Shown here: one piece after another, positions 53,690 through 64,000 of the stretch
Position numbering within the stretch: position 1 is the first letter of the stretch
How the letters are laid out: each line of letters opens with the position of its first letter
NCBI RefSeq assembly: GCF_009914755.1
Contig: NC_060941.1
DNA length: 64,000 nt
DNA from: the human T2T-CHM13v2.0 reference genome, Homo sapiens
Direction: 5' to 3' (one strand)
Program-made: the position numbers and the translations under genes
The notes under the pieces: model-generated
Seen by the model: the letters and a program-made list of their open reading frames with translations, nothing else
Told to the model about the DNA's origin: nothing
Database searches by the model: none

Positions 53690-54660
53690 TAGGAAGATAC
53701 TTTCCAAAACTCCACTAGATATCTTGGGAAATTAAAACTTGGGGCATTGAAACAGGAAATCCTCAAATCGATGGGTCTCAGCTGAGCCCGAGTGAGTGGG
53801 CTGGGAGGCCCAGCTGGAGAATTCAGTGGAACACAGGTCACAAGGCAGAAAGGTTATAATGTGTGAAGGAAAAGTTCAGAAACATGGAAAACAGGCCCAG
53901 AGTTTTCTCCATCCACTTAAATGGAATTCCAGGGGAGAGGGAACGGGAGGGAGAGAATGTTAAAGGAAGCGAAGAAAGAAAACTGCCCAGGGCCAAAAAG
54001 ACACTTGAAGACATTTCAGGACACAGAGAAAAAAGAGAAAAGCGTCCAGTGGGGGAAAAGCCTGTGAGTTAAAAAATAAAAAAATTAAAAAAAGACAAGA
54101 AGAAGAAGGGGAGAAGGAGGAGGAAGAGGAAGAAGAAGAGGTGGAGGAGGAGGAAGAAGGAAGAAAGGAGGAGGGGAAGGAGAGAGGAAAAAGCCTGTAT
54201 CTGACATCATGCATTGTCAACCTGGGCTTCAGACACTGCGGAGGGGGCACCTTCACGGTTCGGAGGGAAGATTTGGAGGCTCTAATTCGCTGCCAGGCCC
54301 AACAGCCATTCCGTGGGGAGGAAGAACAAACACTGTTTTGGTCATGCCAAGTGCTCAGAGTTTCTTTTCAACAAGTACTATCTGAAATCATTACTAGATG
54401 AGGTACCCTAGCAAAATAAAACACAATGCCAAGAGGGAGACGAGGGATACATGGGCCGGCGAGGGGCTTCATGTTGGAAACGCTCACAACTGTCTGCAAG
54501 GAGGCTCTGGATGATCCCAGCATAGGCTGTGGGAGGGGAGGAGGAGGGAGGGAAAACCGCACAGCTGCCGCGTCTTTTCAGAAGGAATCATGTAGGACTG
54601 AGGAACTCTGGACGGCGGTAGGAAGAGGGAAGTAAAGTGCACATGTTAAACATTTAAAAT
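53690..54660 (+). mobile_element. Old L1/HAL1-like remnant with GA-rich tract (54095-54190)
   Basis: AAAGTTCAGAAACATGGAAAACAGG…AATGGAATTCCAGGGGAGAG resembles degraded L1 ORF1. Confidence 0.5.
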
Positions 54661-54664
54661 AACC

Positions 54665-54976
54665 GGCCGGGCGCGGTGGCTCACGCCTGTAATCCCAGCA
54701 CTTTGAGAGCCCGAGGTGGGCGGATCACTTGAGGTCACGAGTTGGAGACCAGCCTGGCCAAGATGGTGAAATCTCGTCTCTACTAAAAATACAAAAATTA
54801 GCTGGGCGTGGTGTCGGACGCCTGTAATCCCAGCTACTCGGGAGGCTGAGGCAAGAGAATCATTTGAACTGAGGAGGCGGAGGTTGCAGTGAACCAAGAT
54901 TGTGCCACTGCACTCCGGCCTGGACAAGAGTGAAACTCCATCTCAAGACAAAAAATAAAATAAAATAAAAAATAAA
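54665..54976 (+). mobile_element. Alu (AluS-like)
   Basis: Full dimer. Confidence 0.95.
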
Positions 54977-55048
54977 GAATTTAATGTCACCACTAGATGA
55001 ATAGAAATATGTAAACCTTCCAAACCATTAGAGGAAAAAAGTTGAACA

Positions 55049-55352
55049 GGCCGGGCATGGTGGCTCACGCCTGTAATCCCAGCACTTGGGGAGGCCTAGG
55101 TGGGTGGATCACCTGAGGTCAGGAGTTCGAGACCAGCCTGGCCAACATGATGAAACCCTGTCTCTACTAAAAATACAAAAATTAGCCGGGCGTAGTGATA
55201 TGCGCCTGTAATCCCAGCTGCTTGGGAGGCTGAAGCAGGAGAATCTCTTGAACCCAGTAGAGGTTGCAGTGAACCAAGATGGCGCCATTGCATTCCAGCC
55301 TGGGCAACAAGAGCAAGACTCTGTCTCAAAAAAAAAGAAAAAAAGAAAAAAA
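55049..55352 (+). mobile_element. Alu (AluS-like)
   Basis: Full dimer. Confidence 0.95.
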
Positions 55353-55729
55353 TGGAACAAAGAAGACTTGATGAATCTAACAAAAGCAGGAAATGGGGGC
55401 TGTCAGGGGGACAGGAACAGCAAAAAAATGCAGCAACTAAAACCCCAGAGCTAAATGCCAGGAGCAGGCCCCATATGGAGTCATCACAACAAATGTGAGC
55501 AAATCAAAGTCATGCATGAAACAGCAGATACACACTTTTTAGATACAAATTCACAATCCACACGCCCACTGTCACTGAGGCCAACCCCAACCACTGCCCA
55601 CCCCACATGCTGGCCCCAGCCCGGTGTCCCTAACCCCACAGAAAGACCTCAGGCGGGAAGTTCATGGGAGAGCCAGAGGGTACGTGGAATTGAATAGGAC
55701 AACATAATCATTTTTAAAAAATTATTTGG

Positions 55730-56348
<619 letters not shown>

Positions 56349-56460
56349 CACTTTCTTTTTTTTTCTAATCAGCCCAACTCATTATTTATTTTCACTGGTC
56401 TCTAACCAAAATTTGACATTTCCTTCAGTGATGAATGTATGACGTAACTAAAATAACTAA

Positions 56461-56878
<418 letters not shown>

Positions 56879-57006
56879 ACAGATATCTCAAAATACTGTT
56901 TCTGTTCATCACAAACACATGTATTGCATGTACCAGAACTTTTGTGATGCATTAATATGTATAATTAATATGCATTAATGTGTACAAGTATAAAAAATAT
57001 ATGCAG

Positions 57007-57368
<362 letters not shown>

Positions 57369-57879
57369 TTATTATTGTATTGCAGTGTAATTGGTTCTCT
57401 TTATAATCCTATATACTTTATTTTAAAAAACACTTTTCAGAAGGGGTCCTTAGACTTCATCAGTGCCAAGTGGGGCCCGGGTCAATCACGGTGACCATGG
57501 TCACAGCCAGGATGGGTGGATGTGGGGCAAGAGTTGCACGCTGGACACAAGGGCCGTGTGCCCCAGGGCTGCTGAAGGAGATGCTCTCCCCTTCCTCTGG
57601 ATCCCCCGGGTGTAAGTGGGACGCCTGCCTCTGCCGCAGCGCCTGTCAGCTGACTTGCTCCTGTCCTGAGTCAGAGCTGAGAGGTGGAAGGACTCAGGAC
57701 CAGGAGGCGCTGGGGCCTCTGAGTGCTGCCCCTGCACCTGCCCACCTCAGTCTTGTGAAACGTTCTGCTTCTTGATCATGGAGGCCCGTTTGAGGCAGAG
57801 GCTCTGTGACCTGCACACACCTCCCAGTAGAAGATACTGCAGAAACACTGAAACTGGAAAGAGGGAAAAAGTCACCCCA

Positions 57880-58010
57880 CACAAAGGTCCTGTTTTTTGA
57901 CCTAGGTGTAGGCTGCACGGGTGTGTTCATTATGTGAGCATTCACAGGGCAGTATATTGAAAATAGGCGTACTTTGATATATGTTTATTATCCTTCAATA
58001 AAAACAGACA
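57880..58010 (+). mobile_element. L1M 3' end
   Basis: TTGACCTAGGTGTAGGCTGCACGGGTGTGTTCA…CTTCAATAAAA. Confidence 0.65.
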
Positions 58011-58129
58011 AATGCTAGCAAAAAAAGAGCAGCTATCGTAATATTAATAAAAGACCCAAAGAAATAAAGACCAAAAACATGGGATGGGTAGAAACCTATA
58101 TGATTTCCGCTACAACCCTCACAGAGATA

Positions 58130-58500
58130 CGCCAGCTGGATGGGCTGCTTCTGTAACCGACCAGCTGCAAATGACAGAAAACTTCCCAGCGCACGGGTTT
58201 GTCTCACGCAGTGCAATGGAAGGGGGTAGTAGTCCAAGGTGAATGCAGCCACTGGTGACATCATCTCAGATAAGGGTTCTGTCTCTTGGTGGCTTTCGGC
58301 TTCTGTCCTCGTGGTTACAGGATGGTTGCCGCCCCCCTAGTTATGATATCCTGTTCCAGAAGAAGAAGGAAGAGCTGAGGCAACAGGCCATCCCCACAAA
58401 GCTTCTCTCTTTCTGCCTACATCTCCTTGGCCAGAACCAGGTTATGTGGACACCCCTATCTGTGAGGGAGACCAGGAATCTGGGCATTTCCCTTGAGTAG
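58130..58500 (-). mobile_element. Old MaLR/ERVL LTR remnant
   Basis: GCTGCAAATGACAGAAAAC…CAGGATGGTTGCC…TTGGCCAGAACCAGGTTATGTGG. Confidence 0.5.
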
Positions 58501-58723
58501 AGAAGAGGAAGGCAAAGAGAAGGGTGGGAGTAGGTGACAAGCCTCTTTCTACAGAGTCGGCCACACCAATTGTGAACTACTGTGGACCAACCAACATATC
58601 TTCAAAACAGAGCAAAAAATTATAGAAGTACACTATTAATAAATCCACATTTGGTCTCAGACATTGAGACACCAAGCGGACCCAAAGCAATTAGGGATAT
58701 AATAGATTTGAAAAGCACAAATA

Positions 58724-59119
<396 letters not shown>

Positions 59120-59165
59120 CTATATTATTTTCACACATAAATCAGTCCCCAGAATTGATCATTTA

Positions 59166-59539
<374 letters not shown>

Positions 59540-59571
59540 CTATAATGAGATCACTTGGAAATTAAGAGTAA

Positions 59572-60902
<1,331 letters not shown>

Positions 60903-61817
60903 GCCTGGTGAACATGTTTTGTTGTCAAATTGCTACATGAGGGAAACGTTTTCTGAATTTCTGTCACTCTGCGGCAGAGTCCAAAGCCCCAGGGGCGAGA
61001 GTCACGCTGCGGAGACTCCTCTCCACAGGTGGGATTCTTCTGGGAGAGCTCCTGTTAAATTCTGATTCCCAGCCAGGAAATTTGGTTTCTTCACTTGGGG
61101 TGGGGGCCCAGGAAGCTGGCAGAATAGGCTCCCTTAGTGATTCTGGTGCAGGTTCCTGGGGAACCTTACTCAGAGGCATCAGTGTAACTTTCTCCTGGTT
61201 TTCCCAGTGTGTGAGTGGTCAAGGCAGTGCGGGCTAAAGGGCAGCAGGGGCGTGGTGGAGGCAGTGGCGGACAAAGAGCCACTGCTCCGTGCTCTGCTCC
61301 ACGCGGGGCCACTGCTCACCTGCTGTGCACTTGAGATCCCTTCCTGGAGGTCCTCACACCAAGCCTTGGTAAGTGAGGGGTGAACAGGTGATGATTGGAA
61401 ACTGGATCCCAGGTTCTGGCTGGGTGTGGGGTGATGATGAACTTGGTCTGAGCAGGGGTCCCATGAGAGTAAAAGACAGCCCCATGCGGTTGTGGCGGGG
61501 GTGGGGTTGCGAGGCATGGGGGATGGAAGCTGGGGCTGGGGGGACTGTGGTCCCTGGGAACTGGCCTTGCTTCCTGGACTGTCTTTGTGCACCAACCTCG
61601 TCTGCGTCCCCTCCTAGCCTGGGAGCTGCACGTGACAGCAGGTCCCGCCTGCTGTGTATTCCCGGCTCCAGCCCAGTGCCTGGCTCCCAGCACATTCTCA
61701 AATAACAGAAGTGGAATTGCAGTGGGAGGTCGTGGCCTAGTGGAGGTGGAGGACTTGGGAAGATACGCATCTTCATCTTCTCTGTAGACCCGGGAGTTCT
61801 CCTGAGCATTAGTCTCA

Positions 61818-62308
<491 letters not shown>

Positions 62309-62542
62309 AGAACTAACACAGTGATCCCACATACCCTTTTCCCCATTTCCCCCAATGGTAACATCTTGCAGAACTGTACTACAATGCCCCAGCAAGGATA
62401 GCGAGGATACTGGCATAGGGATCGCCAAGACACCCAGGCTTTCCATCGCCACAAGGGTCTCGGTGTCACCTGTTTACAGCCACACCCACCAGCCCTCCAT
62501 CCTCTCCTGAGCCCCGTGGTGGGATGGGCTGTTTTCTCTTAG

Positions 62543-63004
<462 letters not shown>

Positions 63005-63208
63005 TGAGTGATATTCCAGGGTGTGGAGGTACCACAGTGTCTTTGACCATTCACCCACTAAAAGGCATCTGGGTTCTTTCTGCTTTCAGCTCTTATGAAC
63101 AGAGCTGCTGTGTACATTGATGTTCAGGATTTTGTGTGAACATAAATCTTTGCTCTGGGACAAATGCCTAGGAATGCAATTGCAGGGCTGTTTAGTAGTT
63201 ACAAGTTT

Positions 63209-63210
<2 letters not shown>

Positions 63211-63244
<34 letters not shown>

Positions 63245-63426
63245 AGATGAAGTCTCACTCCGTCACCCAGGCTGCAGTGCAGTGGCGCGATCTCCACTCA
63301 CTACAACCTTCGCCTCCCAAGTTCAAGTGATTCTCCTTTCTCAGCCTCCTGAGTAGCTGGGATTACAGGCATGCACCACCATGCCGTGCTAATTTTTGTA
63401 TTTTTAGTAGAGATGGGGTTTCTCCA
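63211..63426 (-). mobile_element. Partial Alu with long pure poly-T
   Basis: T-run 63211-63243 plus reverse right arm. Confidence 0.9.
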
Positions 63427-64000
63427 ATATGTTTAATTTTTAAAGAAACTGCCAAACTATCTTCTGGAGAGGTTGTGTCATTTTACATTCCCACCAGTAC
63501 ACAAGTAATTCGGTTTCTCCACATCCTTGCCAACATTTGGTTTCATGACTATTTTTTACTTTAACCATCCTGATAGGCGTGTGCTGGTATCTCACTGTGT
63601 TTTTTAGTTTGCATTTTCCTGACCACTGATGATGTTGAACATCTTTTCACGTGCTTATTTGCCATCTGTATAACCTCTCTAGTGAAATGTCTGTTCATGT
63701 CTTTAGCTCACTTTCCAATTGAATTGTTTGTTTTTTCACCTTTGAGCTTTAAGCATTCTTTACATATTTTAGATACTAGCCCTTGGTTTGATATCTGTGG
63801 TTTACAGAAATCTTCTTCCAGTCTGTACTTTGTCTTTTCATACCTAAACAGGGTTTTGTTATTTGTAGCTTCATGCTTTTGAATGACTTCCAACTTACAA
63901 AAAAGTGGTTAGAATTGTACAAAGAGCTGCTAGATCCCAGTCACCCAGAATCGCCAAGCGTTCATATTTTACCACCTTTTTAAATTCTCTGTTTTTGTTT

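Noticed and set aside
61321-61365. Minus-strand micro-exon-like AG|AWCEDLQEGISSAQQ|GTGAGC
   Set aside because: Single short segment, weak acceptor, no partner exons or confident homology.

Overview
Human/primate non-coding genomic DNA. I find no intact protein-coding gene, RNA gene or CRISPR array. Bases 1-41.9 kb are GC-rich with Alu, MLT1, MIR, L2 and old L1 remnants, several VNTRs/microsatellites and short AT-rich, homeodomain-site-rich islands that look like developmental enhancers. An orphan CpG island spans ~41.9-47.8 kb. From ~51.5 kb the window is almost solid Alu/L1, with a solo LTR12 (ERV9) inserted into an AluY. Main observation: the minus strand of the CpG island appears to hold a decayed, frameshifted four-exon fossil of an HLX (H2.0-like homeobox) paralogue. 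In order it shows three inverted CCAAT boxes, collinear N-terminal motif remnants, a KFGIDRILSA remnant, a homeobox split at the HLX intron position (…LTDAQ | VKVWFQNRR…) and an ATTAAA poly(A) signal. This rests on by-eye alignment to HLX recalled from memory and needs computational confirmation. From recall only (unverified), the locus may be 14q32.3 between TNFAIP2 and EIF5/MARK3, which would be paralogous to the MARK1-HLX region at 1q41. Repeat boundaries and subfamily labels are approximate, by-eye calls.
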